Positions 22,405 to 39,421 of a DNA stretch of 64,000 nucleotides are shown piece after piece (position 1 is the first letter of the stretch; every line of letters begins with the position of its first letter). The notes below the pieces were generated by a model. It had not been told where the DNA came from. It did no database searches and was given only the letters and a program-made list of their open reading frames with translations. Source of the DNA: Octopus vulgaris (lineage: Eukaryota); the NCBI GenBank assembly GCA_951406725.2, contig OX597821.1:76818001-76882000 (forward strand), read 5' to 3'. Position numbers and translations under genes: made by a program.

Positions 22405-22435
<31 letters not shown>

Positions 22436-22438
22436 TAT

Positions 22439-25008
<2,570 letters not shown>

Positions 25009-25107
25009 ATATGTATATATATACATATATATAATATATATATATATATGTATATATGTATATATGTATATATATAATATATATATATATATATGTATGT
25101 ATATATG

Positions 25108-25196
<89 letters not shown>

Positions 25197-25197
25197 A

Positions 25198-25246
<49 letters not shown>

Positions 25247-25251
25247 ATATG

Positions 25252-25296
<45 letters not shown>

Positions 25297-25302
25297 ATAT
25301 AT

Positions 25303-25402
<100 letters not shown>

Positions 25403-25437
25403 GTACCTATATATATGTACCTATATATATGTATATA

Positions 25438-25750
<313 letters not shown>

Positions 25751-25806
25751 CATACATACATATATATATATATTATATATATATATTTATATATATATAC
25801 ATATAT

Positions 25807-25843
<37 letters not shown>

Positions 25844-26613
25844 TCCAAAATTTTATTTAATTTGTTTTGCGGTAAGGACTGTTTTAACGAAGTCGCGTTT
25901 TGTCCTTCGAACGCGGGGTAGATGAAACAGGGGACAACTGATGAAGGGGAATGTTCTTTACGTTGCATGTCTCGTTTCTCTGTTTGTTTTGTTTTCGTTG
26001 TTCGAAAAAAAGTTAGTTTTCTATGTTTTTGTTTTTATGTTTTCGTTTCTCATTATGTTTACGTAATTTTGATGTCCTGTACCCATATATGCATGTATAT
26101 ATACATATATATGTATGTACGTACATATATCTATGTATATCTGCATATATTTATATATTATTTATATATATTGTGTGTGTGTGTGTATGTGTGTGTGTGT
26201 GTGTGTGTATAATTATGTATGAATGTATTGTTATATTTGGGGACGGTCGTACTTTTTGCCAATTAACCACACGCATTGTATATTTAGCCTTCACTTCATC
26301 TTTAATTCCATTCTTATTTTAATGTCTCTTCCAGAACAGCAGGAGACATGTCGGACGGAGAGTCACTGAAAAAATCACAGGACATGCGACGAAAGATTTG
26401 AGACAAAGGCTACTAAAACAAAGATAATAATAAAGCTGAAATGAAGACCAAGTAATTAGTGCGTGTGGTTAATTGACGAAGAATATGACCATCCCCAACG
26501 ATAATAATATCTTTGTCAACACTCTATCGGCAATCTTGCATAGCAAATACATAAATGTAACATACATACATACATACATACATATATACATACATACATA
26601 CATACAATCATAC

Positions 26614-26652
<39 letters not shown>

Positions 26653-26684
26653 GTATATATAATATATATACATCGTGTGTATAA

Positions 26685-28339
26685 CACTGGACAATAAAGC
26701 ATGTTTTTAAGTCTAAATCGAGGATGCTGATTCCGAACCCGCACTCAGAATTGTTCTAGCAGGTCAGGATTTTGAGTTATGCGCATGCACAAGATTATAA
26801 CTATACTTTCAGTTAGATATAGGCCGTATTATAAAATTTGCTAAAATGAAAATGGTCTTAATTCGATATTACAGAAATAACAGCAATAAAACAAACGACG
26901 AGAAAGTTCATTACTTAGTTTAGCAATAGATGGCGCTGACGTATTGTGTGCAGGCGCCAAATACATCAATTTATTCTTGGTAACTCTCGTTGTCGTTTGC
27001 GTTGCTGTCACGTGTGGTACGTGTATCTCTCGCTCTGTGTGATTACTGTTTTAACTGTGTTCTTTGTGTTCAATCAGGAATAAGAGAGGCTGAGTGAATC
27101 ACCCAGACAACTTTTGTTATGTCTGTGGAAAATTTCCTCCGCGTGACCAGTGGAAGAACATTGCCACCAAATAAAAAATTGCCTATAAATATTTCGAGTG
27201 TAAAGTTGGGAACCAAGACAAGAGGTGGGCACCTCATATATGCTGTACCGTGTGTTACTCAGAACTTACATAGTGGCTGAATGGAAAACGGAAGGGAGTG
27301 CCATTTGCTGTACCTATGGTTTAGCGTGAGCCAGCCAATCATGTCTCTGATTGTTACTTTTGCATGATTAATATTAGTGGTTTCTCAAAGACCAAAGCAA
27401 AAATTGTGTATACAGATTGTAAATTGGTTCTAAAACCGTTTCCACAAGACTTCGAGAACCGTGTCCCACTTTCCCTTCTCACATGATTCACTTGAAGACC
27501 TTGACACGTCACACAGTGAAACCCTTGATTCTCCTATCGACGCAGAGTACGTGGTTGATTCTAAGAACAATGAGCCTCACTTGTTAAATCAAGAAGATTT
27601 GAACGATTTAGTAAGAGACCTAGCATTGTCAAAGGAGAAGGCAGAAGTTTGGGGATCCGGACTACAGCAACAGAATCTCCCACAACAAAGTACGAAAATG
27701 TCCAATTTCCGTTCCCGCCATGAAGGCTTATCTGTCTTTTTCAAGCAAGAAAATAATGCTTGTTTCTGTACTGACGTTAATGTACTCATGCAAAATCTAG
27801 GACACATGAATGTGGCTAATGAGTGGAGATTGTTTATAGACTCGAGTAAGGTTAACCTCAAAGATGTGTTGTTACATAATGGTAATGAAAAACCTTCCAT
27901 TCCTGTAGGTTATGTTGTCGGTGTGAAAGAAACTTATGAATCAATGGAACTCATTCTGAAAGGAGCTAATTACTCAGTTCATAAGTGAAATATTTGTGGT
28001 GATTAAAAGGTGATTTCCTTCCTCCTAGGACTGCAGATGGGATATACCAAAAACATGTGCTTCTTGTGTGTTTGGAACAGCCGCGTCGACAGCAATCATT
28101 ACACTGTAAAAGATAGTCCTAAAAGAGATGAGCGCATAGTTGGTCGGTACAATGTGCAGCATGTGCCATTGATAGACCCGCAATTGATCTTGCTTCCAGC
28201 CCTTCACATCAAACTCGGCCTCATGAAAAACTTCGTAAAAGCAATGATACACGATGGTTGTGGTTTCCAGTACCTAAATGTAAAATTTGGTGAAGAGAAA
28301 AGTGACGCAAAACTGAAATCAAGCATTTTCATTGGACCC
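26685..28339 (+). mobile_element. Degenerate Chapaev3-like (CMC superfamily) DNA transposon, 3'-truncated
   Basis: 5' end taa|CACTGGACAATAAA. Broken frames give NHPDNFCYVCG, WAPHICC, REPANHVSDCYFC, LNDLVRDLALSKEKAE, WRLFIDSSK, LLHNGN, GYTKNMCFLC and LHIKLGLMKNFVKAM, with several stops. Ends at a SINE tail. Superfamily name from motif recall. Confidence 0.75.
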
Positions 28340-29753
28340 GAGACCGATAGAATAAGTACCAGGCTTTTTTCTTTAAAGCTTGGTAATTATTCTATAGGTA
28401 CTGGTATTGATTGGTTCAACTAAAATTCTTTAATACCGTGCCCCAGAATGGCCGTAATTTACTGACTGAAACAAGTAGAAGATACAAGAGAAAAGATTGA
28501 TTTGATATCGATTCCATTTCGATCTCTTCAAATCATCAACTTTATTTTTTCTATCGTTATAAATATCTTATTCCAGTCATCGGGTTGTGGCCATGCTGGA
28601 GCACCGCCTTGACGTATTTTAGTCAAACGAATCGAACCCAAGTACTTATTATGTCTTTTGTAAAGTCGGTTACTTATTTCATAGTTTTTTGCAGAAACGC
28701 TAATTTACGCGAACGTAAACACACCAACACCGGCCGTTAAGCGGTAGTGGGTAACAAACACAAGTACAAAGATGCACAGAATCACATACATACAGGCATA
28801 CATGGTGGCTGCCCCCTCGTTATCGAGTATGGCCATTGCACGAAGCTTAATCAATGTTGTTATCGTGCAATGCCTGTTCAAGAAGTTTTTTTTTAAAGTG
28901 AGGAAAGGCTGTGCACTGAGTCAACCCCACTCACTAGGCAACAGCAGCCATAATCCGAAAAGAAGAACAAGTCAACATCATCGGTAACCACTGAGCCGCA
29001 GGTTTTATGTCGGAGTTATCCCAGTTACCTGAGTTACCTTCTCCTAGAAGGATGCCCTAACAAAGACTAGGAGTCCTTCACTCCCAATGGTTTAACCGCG
29101 CGATCGGGTATTCAGTCCGATTATTTCTATGTCCCCGCGCATGATACAGCCTTAAGACGTTTATTGGATGGCCGTTGACTCTCAGATTTCCTCCGCCCTT
29201 TGACGGTTTTTTTTTATCCCGCAAGGTGTCCAATAAACACCCTCCTCACCAAGCAAGCTTGGTGGGGTTGCCGGTTTAGTCGCCGATGACCCGACCATGC
29301 AACAGGTTGTACTAGGTTACATGTTACCAGTAACACTCGAAAGTGACCTAACATATACATACATACATACATACATACATACATACATACATACATACAT
29401 ACATACATACACACATATATACACACATACATACATACATACATACATACATACATACATACATACATACCGGTGTTGGTGTGTTTATGTCCGCATAACT
29501 TTTGGAATGTTTTGGAAATTCCTTGATGCAATTATAAAATTTGGAGAGATTTTTTCTCAAAGAGTTAAGGGCGAGAAAAGAACCTATATATAATAACAAG
29601 TGCTCGGAAACGTTAAGAACTGAAAGCGCTTGCACATCTATAAAAGCAAAAGCCACACACATTTTGTGAAATCTCTTCCCAAATGTTAGTGCCTTTCGAC
29701 TTTCTAAAAAGATTCTTTTCTCAGTCTTAACTCTTTGAGAAAAAATCTTCTCT

Positions 29754-29799
<46 letters not shown>

Positions 29800-30162
29800 G
29801 ACGGGCTTTTTTCAGTTTCCGTCTACCAAATCCACTCATAAGGCTTTCGTCGACCCGAAGCTATAGTAGAAGACACTTACCCAAGGTTCCATGCCATAGG
29901 ACTGAACCCTTAACGAGGTTGGGATGTTAATTTCTTTTAACATTTAAATTCAATAATCTTCTGGCCCCTATAAAAATTTTCTAATCCAAAAAACATTAGG
30001 TCTTCCTAAAACATTTCTGCTCTTCATTGAAATTTGTCACTATATAAGTATTTTTGAATCTTATTAAAATTTTGAAGCTCTTAAAAGTTTTCTGTTCCAA
30101 CTAATAGATTTTAGTTTCACCGAAAAATTTTGTATCCTTGATAAATATTTGCTACACAGCTC

Positions 30163-30410
30163 ATAAAATTATTAAATTTTCTGGAAAATATGAAATTGCA
30201 TAAAAATTATTAATTATCTGGAAAATATTAAATCACTTTAAAATGATAAAATTGTCTGGAAAATATTAAATCGCATGAAAAGTTATTAAATTGTCTGGAA
30301 AATATTAAATCACTATATTTTCCAGGCAAATTAATAATTTTAAAGTGATTTAATATTTTCCAGACAATTTAATAATTTTAATATCACTTAAAAATTATTA
30401 AATTGTCGCA
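30163..30410. repeat. ~43-bp AT-rich minisatellite with an internally inverted block
   Basis: Unit aaaattattaaattgtctggaaaatattaaatcact repeated forward, then reverse-complemented at ~30317-30380, then forward again. Confidence 0.7.
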
Positions 30411-31468
30411 TATCAAATTTTACATCGATAACCTGATAAGTAAGAAATAAATTTTATTATTATTATTATTATTTCCGCCGAGGTCGACTTTGCCTTTCAT
30501 CCTTTCGGGGTCGATTAAATAAGTACCAGTTACGCACTGGGGTTGATATAATCGACTTAATCCGTTTGTCAGTCCCTGTTTGTTCCCTCCGTGTGTAGTT
30601 CCTTGTGGGTAGTAAAGAAATAGGTGTTTCGTCTGTCTTTACGTTCTGAGTTCAAATTCCGCCGAGGTCTGCTTTGCCTTTTATCCTTTCGATGTCGATA
30701 AATTAAGTACCAACTGCGTACTGGGATCAATCTAATCGACTGGCACCCTTTCCCAAAATTTCGGGCGTTGTGCCTAGAGTAGAAAAGAATAATGTTGCGA
30801 ATGGTTTTAATACTTTCACATTTCATTGACTTCGAAAAAGCGATATTGAAACTGTTTGGAGTGAATTGAAACGATGTAGCACTTGCATTTTAGTTGGGTT
30901 TTGTTTTTTTAACAAGGAATAAGTTAGCAAAAAGGGAAAAAACAAAAAAAAAACACTGTGTGGAAAACCTTCACAGTGGAATTTATATGTCGCATGTAAG
31001 CCCAGATTCATTTCGTAACCGAAGACTGAACTTGTTACGAAATACTCTGAAGTTAGTCAAAATTGCCCTTTTCTACACCCATTCTCTGTTCACAAGGAGT
31101 GGTTGTTGTTTTTCTTTCTCGAGCCACGCCTGGTTCATAGGGTTGGTTTCTCGGTTTCCTTGGCGTATAGGTTCCCCACCTGGACGGGGCGCCGGTCCGA
31201 CGCAGGTGAGCTGTAAGATGCAGGAGGAAAGACCGAGAGAAAGTTGTGTTGAAAGAGTCAGCAGGAGTTCGCCATTACCTTCTGTCGGAGCCGTGTGGAG
31301 ATTAGGTGTTTCGCTCATAAACACACACATCGCCCAGTCTGAGATTCGAACCCGCGATCCCTCGACCGCGAGTCCGCTGCTCTAACCACTAGGCCATGTG
31401 CCTCCATTCACAAGGAATGGTTGAGCAGAATTGTTCTCATTGCAAAACATATTAATTTGTCTCTAAGG

Positions 31469-31869
31469 CAGCGGTTCTGAACCGAGATCCATATAAACTC
31501 TTAGGGTCCATATGAAAGTTTTGGGTGTCCGCGCAAGCAAAACTGTATATTGTGTATGTGTATGGGGTGGGGTGTACGGTAGTATTTTAAGGGATCATGA
31601 AAAATGTATTTATTGCGAGAAACAGCGAGGTTTGTTTCTCTGACCCTTTGCAAAGCTCAACATGTTTCTGGTCACTGAAACATATTCTCTAAAAGAGTAC
31701 AATTGTAAACCTACACATGTGAATGGATGAAAAAGAAAATTGGAATGTTGACAGAAGTATCTATAAAATCAGTTTTAGGACATTGAATAGCAATGAAGGT
31801 CCACCAGAATAAAACAGTAATCAAAGGGGTTCATAAGTAAAAAAAAAAAAATGAAGTTGAGAACCATTG
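31469..31869. mobile_element. hAT Charlie-type MITE
   Basis: cagcggttctgaacc ... gttgagaaccattg with 8-bp flanks ctctaagg / atctaaag (6/8 identical). Confidence 0.65.
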
Positions 31870-31898
31870 ATCTAAAGTTAGTTTTGTTTTTTTAATTG

Positions 31899-32294
31899 TT
31901 GGCTGTGTGGTAAGTAGCTTCCTTAACAACCACATGGTTCCGGGTTCAGTCCCACTGTGTGGTACCTTGGGCAAGCGTCTTCTACTATAGCCTCGGGCCG
32001 ACCAAAGTCTTGTGTGTGGATTTGGTAGACGGAAACTGAAAGAAGCCCGTCGTATGTATGTATGTATGTATGTATATGTTTGTGTGTCTGTGTTTGTCCC
32101 CTCCCCCCAACATCGCTTGACAACCGATGCTGGTGTGTTTACGTCCCCGTAACTTAGCGATTCGGCCAAAGAGACCGATAGAATGAGTACTGGGCTTACA
32201 AAGAATAAGTCCCGGGGTCGATTTGCTCGACTAAAGGCGGTGCTCCAGCATGGCCGCAGTCAAATGACTGAAACAAGTAAAAGAGTAAAAGAGT
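31899..32294 (+). mobile_element. SINE family A
   Basis: Near full-length match to the copy at 4908. Confidence 0.85.
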
Positions 32295-32483
32295 AAGCCA
32301 TCTAACAGCTGTGTGGTACGGCATATTATCACCATATTCAGCTTCAGTTTCTTTCATATATGTTCGAAGCTGGCGATGATAGAGTGCAGGTGACTAAATT
32401 GTATTCAGTGTTGATAAACTGGTCCTATCACATATAACAGATCTAAATGGTCTTTTTTTTTTTTTTTTGGAGTGGGGTCCCGC

Positions 32484-32870
32484 AAAGTGCCCATTGATGA
32501 ATGATGCAATGAAACACTAAGAGCTTTTGTACATCCATGATGTCGCATATATGTTGTGGAATTGTCCGACAAAGCTTTTCCTACAGCTCTCATATTGTTC
32601 CCACCGTCAGCTACAATACTTTCCGAACCAAGTTATACTAATTCAAAAATTTCTCTCGTTTCGTCAAAAACGTTTTCCCAAGAAGTTCTTACATGCATGC
32701 TGGCCACCGGAGATAGTTCTTTCATCACTTCCAGTTTAGCATTAATTATCCAAATAGAAAACAGTAACACCAAATTGTCAGAGACATTTGTTGCTTCTTC
32801 TACATCCGTGGTTCTCAGTCTTTCGTTACTCAACGCTCTCTTTCAAAGAAATTCTTTTGCTCAACGGCTT
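32484..32870 (-). pseudogene. hAT (Buster/SPIN/GTF2IRD2-like) transposase relic
   Basis: Minus-strand translation gives EEATNVSD (DESTDVSD-like), ELSPVASMH, ADGGNNM and FHCIIHQWALC, with frameshifts. Confidence 0.75.
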
Positions 32871-32934
32871 TTTATCATTTTTTTTTGTTTTAGGCTATAC
32901 CATTTCGCATGTTCTTTTATTCTTTTATTTTTTT

Positions 32935-33122
32935 TTCTGTCATTTGACTGCAGCCATGCTGAAGAACCATCTTTAGCCGAACAAATCGACCCCAGGACTT
33001 ATTCTTTGTAAGCCTGGTACTTATTCTAAGCTGAACCGCTAAGTTACGGGGACGTAAATACACCAACATAGGTTGTCAAGCGATTGCGGAGGACAAACAC
33101 AGACACAAAGACACATACATAA

Positions 33123-33164
<42 letters not shown>

Positions 33165-33327
33165 GACGGGCTTCTTTCAGTTTCCGTCTATCAAATTCAC
33201 TCACAAGGCTTTGATCGGCCCTAGGCTATAGTAGAAGATACTTGCCCAATGTTCCATGCAGTGGGACTGAACTTGGAACCATGTGGCTGGGAAGCAAGCT
33301 TCGCGCCACACAGCCACGCCTGCGCCT
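32935..33327 (-). mobile_element. SINE family A
   Basis: Reverse complement, from head to tail. Confidence 0.8.
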
Positions 33328-33621
33328 ATAACTTTAGATAATTGCCCGGACTAGCACCCTCTACGCTAAAGTTCTACGTAAGTTATTTAAAGAAAGTGTG
33401 GACTATTATTAATTATTCACTTTTTTCACTTATAGGAACGTTACCATGCTGGAGCTCTACCTTCAGCGGTTTTAATATCTATGTTTTCTTTTTTCTAAAA
33501 CAGAAATGTCTTGTACCTTATTCTATCGGTCTTTTTTACTGAATCAGAAAGTTTATGGGGACGTAAAGAAACAAACACCGACTGTCAGACGGTGGGACAG
33601 GACAAACACACCCACCCACCG

Positions 33622-33670
<49 letters not shown>

Positions 33671-35771
33671 TAAACACGCTTATATAAATACAGTGAAGGC
33701 GTATGGCATAGCGGTTAGGAAATTCGGTTCACGATTGTAAGATCGTGAGTTCAATTCCCGGCGGCGCGTTGTGTCCTTGAGCAAGACACTTTATTTCACG
33801 TTGCTCCACTCCACTCAGCTGGCAAAAATTAGTAATACGTGTATTTCAAAGGGCCAGCCTTCCAGCTATGTCACATTCTGTGTCAGGCTGAATCTCCTTC
33901 AGAACTACATTAAGTGTATGCATGTCTGTGGAAAGAAAAGGGGAGAGAATCCATTACTCTTAGCCGCATGTTAAATAATCGTTTGCATAATTGTGTTAAT
34001 TGCAGAATTTTCAAGAACAGCTTACCAGTAAACACCACCTTCACTGAATATTTGAGAAAAGATTTGTAAAAGTTGATAAAGTTTTAATCCATTTCAAGTT
34101 AGAGTGAAAATTAGAATTGCCTTAGGTTTTCTCATTGTGTGTTTTGGATTAATATAATGCATGTTTTCTCTGCTAACCTTTTCTGATTCAAAGCAAATTG
34201 GCCAAATTCATTGAAGACGGCATTCACAAAAACTCAACCCAGACACCGCACATATCCACTGCACGTGAAGTGTTTTCTTTCGATTTATTTTACTTGGATA
34301 TCTTCCGAGCTTTGTCAGTCATAAGGGAGACTGTCAGAATTAGCAAGGGTTTCAAATGTTGGCACAAGGCTGGCAATTTTGGGGGGAGGGGTAAGTCGAT
34401 TACACTGAACCCGAAAAGATGAAAAGCAAAGACGAGCTTGGCGGAATTTGAACCAGAACGTAGAGAGCCGGAAGAAACGCCTCTGTTTTGTTCGACTCGT
34501 TAACGATTCTTATTTCTTTATTGCTCACAAGGGGCTAAACATAGAGGGGACGCACAAGGACAAACAAAGGGATTAAGTCGATTACGTCGACCCCAGTGCG
34601 TAACTGGTACTTATTTAATCGACCCCGAAAAGATGAAAGGCAAAGTCGACCTCGGTGGAATTTGAACTCAGAACGTAACGGCAGACGAAATACCGCTAAG
34701 AATTTCGCCCGGCGTGCTAACGTTTCTACCAGCTCACCGCCTTTGGCAGTATTAACAATAAGAACAACAACGACAATAACAATAACAGAAAAAAAAGAGC
34801 AACAATAAGCCCAACAACAGTATTAACAACAGCAGCAACAACAAAATCAACAATAATAGAAAACAACAAAATCCACGTCACCAAGTTATTAACAATAAGT
34901 CGGCCAAACATGATGACAAAAGTAACACCGCTGCCATCACCGCTGCCGCCACTGACTCCGTCACCGCCTGCACTTCATCTGTTGGCAATATCACCTCCAG
35001 CAGCAACAGCAGCAGCAGGAGGCGCAATGGCCCAGTGGTTAGGGCAGCGAACTCGCGGTCGTAAGAACGCGGTTTCGATTCCCAGACAGGTCATTGCGAG
35101 TGTTTATTGAGCAAAAATACCTATGCTTCACGAGGCTCCGGCGGGGTGGGGTAGTGGTGAACCCCGCTGTACTCTTTCCCCACAACTTTCTCTCAGTCTT
35201 TCTTCCTACTTCTGTCACAAAGCAGAGGAACAATGGTGTAACCCAATATGGTGCGGTAAACTTTAAGACCCTAGTCTAGATTCTCTGTACCCCAGGATGG
35301 TTCAGCTCTCCACCCGTTAAAAAGCCACCGTTTACGGAATGAGGAATAACAACGTAGCTTTCGCACCCGTGCAACCGCCAGTCTATCGCGTGTGGTGGGT
35401 GGATCTTCAAGTTGCCACATGCATTCTTATTAGCTTAGAGTAGGCTCGAATTAGAGATTATTGTTTGTGGCTAATGGCGTGAAGAAGAAGAAGAAGAAGA
35501 AGAAGAAGAAGAAGAAGAAGAAGAAGAAGAAGAAGCGGAGGAGGAGGAAGAAGAAGACAGCAGCAGCAGCAGCGATAATAACACCAATTAAAAAAGGCAT
35601 GTTAAGGCTTATTTTTGTAAAAAGCGTTACGTGCTGCAGGAAAATAAGAAATACAGAGAATAGAGAGAAACCTGGAGGGTTTCGGGTAAAAGGAAAGCAG
35701 AAAAATCGCTTTTGTCGTTCCCGTAAGGGTAATAGTACAAAATATGTATGCAGACTCTCTCGTCTCTTCAA

Positions 35772-35972
35772 GGCGGCGAGATGGCAGAAATGTTAGCACG
35801 CCGGGCGAAATGTTTAGCGGTATTACGTCTGCCGCTAAGTTCTGAGTTCAAATTCCGCCGAGATCGACTTTGCTTTAGGGGTCGATAAATTAAGTACCAG
35901 TTGCGTACTGGAGTCGATCTAATCGACTGTCTCCTTCTTCCAAAATTTCGGGCCTTGTGCCTAGAATAGAAA
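35772..35972 (+). mobile_element. tRNA-derived SINE family B with 20-bp TSD
   Basis: ggcggcgag.tggcagaaa...gagttcaaattccgccgag...ggggtcgataaattaagtaccag. TSD agactctctcgtctcttcaa at 35752-35771 and 35973-35992. The central domain resembles the Meta-SINE core, from memory. Confidence 0.85.
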
Positions 35973-37058
35973 AGACTCTCTCGTCTCTTCAACTAAGGTT
36001 CAGCAAGATGTAGTTGCCAATGGACTTAAGGACCAAACGTTGGTTCTGCTATTAGTGACTTGGTTTGATGAACAATCTGCACGATGACTGCTATTAGAGT
36101 GGGTATAGTTTGTGCAGGGACACTTCTACTCCCACGTCCTTCAAATTTCTATTGGCCGGGTGTAACAAGTTCCACGAGCCCAAATGTCAAGATGCAGGAT
36201 TTGTATCGCATGTGGTGGGTGGATCTTCAAGTTGCCACACGCATTCTTGGTAGCTTAGAGTAGGCTCGAATTAGAGATTATTGTTTGTGGCTAATGGCGT
36301 GAGTCCTGATTGGAAAAAGAAGAAGAAGAAGAAGAAGAAGAAGAAGAAGAAGAAGAAGAAGAAGAAGAAGAAGAAGAAGAGGGGGATGAGGAGGAGAAAG
36401 AAGAGGAGGGGGAATTTGGCAGCGTAACCTCTATCCGAACAGTTATTCTGCGCTGATGAAGGGAAATAACCCGGAAATCGCGATACACAGATACTGTTTT
36501 GAGCTGAGTGGGGGTGCTAGATTCCCTTGTTCGAAAATATAAGAACACAGATCATGTCGTATAGCCAGCTGGTGACGATTCTCCTGGGGTTAAAAATTAC
36601 AGCAACATTCGTCCTAAACCAGGACTGCCATATTATGTTGGCAAATAATCTTTATAATTTCTATATAAAGGATGTTGCGGGATAGAAGGAGTAAGAAATT
36701 TTTGAAAGGGCTTTTCAAGGAAACTTGCCCTATTGCGATGACCGAATTGCCAGCACTTCTCTAAAAATCAAAGGAAGCGCTCTTCTTTCTTTTTTCTTCC
36801 GACTAGCTTCGATGTACTCGGAGCAGGATGTACAAATGCACGTGGCCTAGTGTCGGCTTGAACGCAAAGTCAATTGTTCAACGACATCGGCCAATTCGGC
36901 ATAAACCCGGCGCGCTTTCTAAAATAACTTTTCAGACTCTCTCCCACTGATACTAAAGAGCAGAATGTTACAACAATGATTCGAGACGTCTAAAGAGATC
37001 CGACCGCCCAGCTCTGACCGCCCAGCTCTGAGCCGAGCATAGTCGACCGGCAAAGCAG

Positions 37059-37098
<40 letters not shown>

Positions 37099-37138
37099 AT
37101 CATCATCATCATCACCACCACCAACCATCATCATCATC

Positions 37139-37205
<67 letters not shown>

Positions 37206-37743
37206 TTATTATCATTGTTGTTGTTGTTGCTATTATCGAGTGAGAGAGTAGTGCATGCCATCAAAGTGACATTGGGGTAAAATATACAAAGCCCAGTACA
37301 CCCATCATGACTACCCGTCTGATAAAGGTACACTAGGCACATGCATCACAGCCAAATGTGCGCGATATGGTAATTTTATATCAAGATAAACAGCGCATGA
37401 GCTTACAGGTGGGGTTCCAGTTAGAATTTTCTTCTGACCGAGTAGCCCATCTCGCTCAGATGGTCCCTGAATAAGGGTTGTTTAAGGATGTTGAACGAAA
37501 CACCCATGTTTCCAGAGGTGAATTATTCAAACCCAAAAGAATTCCTCTCAACACATGGCTATGATGCTCCCTCACTACTTCTCGTGATCAGAGATGCACA
37601 TATCGTCAGCCACTAAGGGACATGCTCAACTGGTTATGGTCAAACAACTGACGAGCAAATCTGTGGTATTGAGCAGAATATTTGCTGTAGTCCATACAAA
37701 GACAAAACAATGTACCTAATAACACTTCTAATCAGTTAAAGAT

Positions 37744-38111
37744 CAGTATCGCCCGGCGTTGCTCAGGTTTGTAAGGGAAATAACTATAAAGCATTTTTAG
37801 AGAGTTATAGCCAAAAAATGGAAAAAATGATGGTAAATTTTTTTTGGAGATTTAAAAAAGGTGGAGTTGCGTCCCCTAGACAGTTTGTGGTTCGTGTTTC
37901 TGATTCTCGACCCCATGTCGAATTTATCGATTTTTTTCAGAACTGGGGGAACTTTTCAAAATTTTCGCTGCGTTAGTTTTGAATTATGACATTGGGCTAT
38001 GTGTGTGTCAAGTTTCATCAGAATCGGTTGAAAGCCGTGGTCAGGGTGAGGGTACAAGCAAACAGACACACAGAAACACGCACAGACAAACTGCCGTTTA
38101 TATAGAGAGAG

Positions 38112-38113
<2 letters not shown>
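37744..38113 (-). mobile_element. Non-autonomous Helitron-like element
   Basis: Hairpin cccggcgttgctcagg at one end and aagtttcatcagaatcggttg...acagac...tatatagagagagat at the other. The CTAG end is lost at the junction with the TAA retroposon. Confidence 0.6.
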
Positions 38114-38161
<48 letters not shown>

Positions 38162-38646
38162 CATCGTTATTCAGCGAAGCAGTTACATATGATAATAGAC
38201 GGTGATAAGTTCTGCCTTCATCAAGTATTACGTTTGTCAGTCAGCTAGCCACTCCACAGCCCAGTTCAGGTCAACACACAGCTGATGTTAAATGCCAAGT
38301 TTATCAGCAAAGCCTGATGGTGTTTGTGTAAACAAGTTGACAAATGTTCAAACTATCAGCGCTTGTCAGGAAACCCAGTCAAATGTTTTCAAAATCTCTC
38401 CTGGCAAGTCTTTTGACTGAGAATAGATTGTCTGTTGCCGCTCGTTCAAAGATCTTCGGCTGCCATATCTAAATTAGTTTGTGTCCTTGTTTTATTAAAT
38501 TTGATCATTAACTAAAAATCTTTCTCAGCCAGGATCTCCATGACCCTTAGGTGGGGGCCATATAAAATTTTGCTAAAGCTTATGCGCAATAAATCGGTTA
38601 TAATTCTACAATACACAAAATGTTTTCACAATTTTTCTTTTTATGA

Positions 38647-39085
38647 ATGGCTGTGTGGTAAGTAGCTTGCTTCCCAACCACATTGCGTGGCACCTTGGGC
38701 AAGTGTCTTCTACTATAGCCTCAGGCCGACCAAAGCCTTGTGAGTGGATTTGGTGAACGGAAACTGAAAGAAGCCCGTCGTATATATGTATATATATATA
38801 TATATGTGTGTATGTATGTATGTATGTATGTATGTATGTATGTATGTATGTATGTATGTATGTGTATATGTTTGTGCGTCTGTGTTTGTCCTCCCAACAT
38901 CGCTTGACAACCGATGCTGGTGTGTTTACGTCCCCGTAACTTAGCGGTTCGGCAAAAGAGACCGGTAGAATAAGTACCAGGCTTACAAAGAATAAGTCCT
39001 GGGGTTGATTTGCTCGACTAAAAGGCGGTGCTCCAGCATGGCCACATTCAAATGACTGAAACAAGTAAAAGAGTAAATGAGTAAA
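38647..39085 (+). mobile_element. SINE family A
   Basis: Same head, CORE and tail, with a small deletion in the B-box region. Confidence 0.8.
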
Positions 39086-39421
39086 AGTGTTTAATTATAA
39101 AATTATAATAGGGTTCTTTTTAATGCTATGTGGGTCCATCTGAGTAAAACAGGAATCCAAGAGATCCACAGAAAAAAAACATTAAAAAATGGTTGACCAC
39201 GGATAATAAATTTCGTTTTTAAATCCAACTTTTAAGGGCGAATGTAGATCTTAATTATCTCATAATACAATGATGTTCTGCAATTATATTTTTTACAACT
39301 TTTTGAGTGAAATCAGGTCAACGGAAACGGTATAGAAGCCCATCGGCTGGATTCGTGCTAGGGTCTGTTATGAACCCTAAGACTCATAAGGCCGGAGCTT
39401 CACCCGATCTCCATGGCGTAT

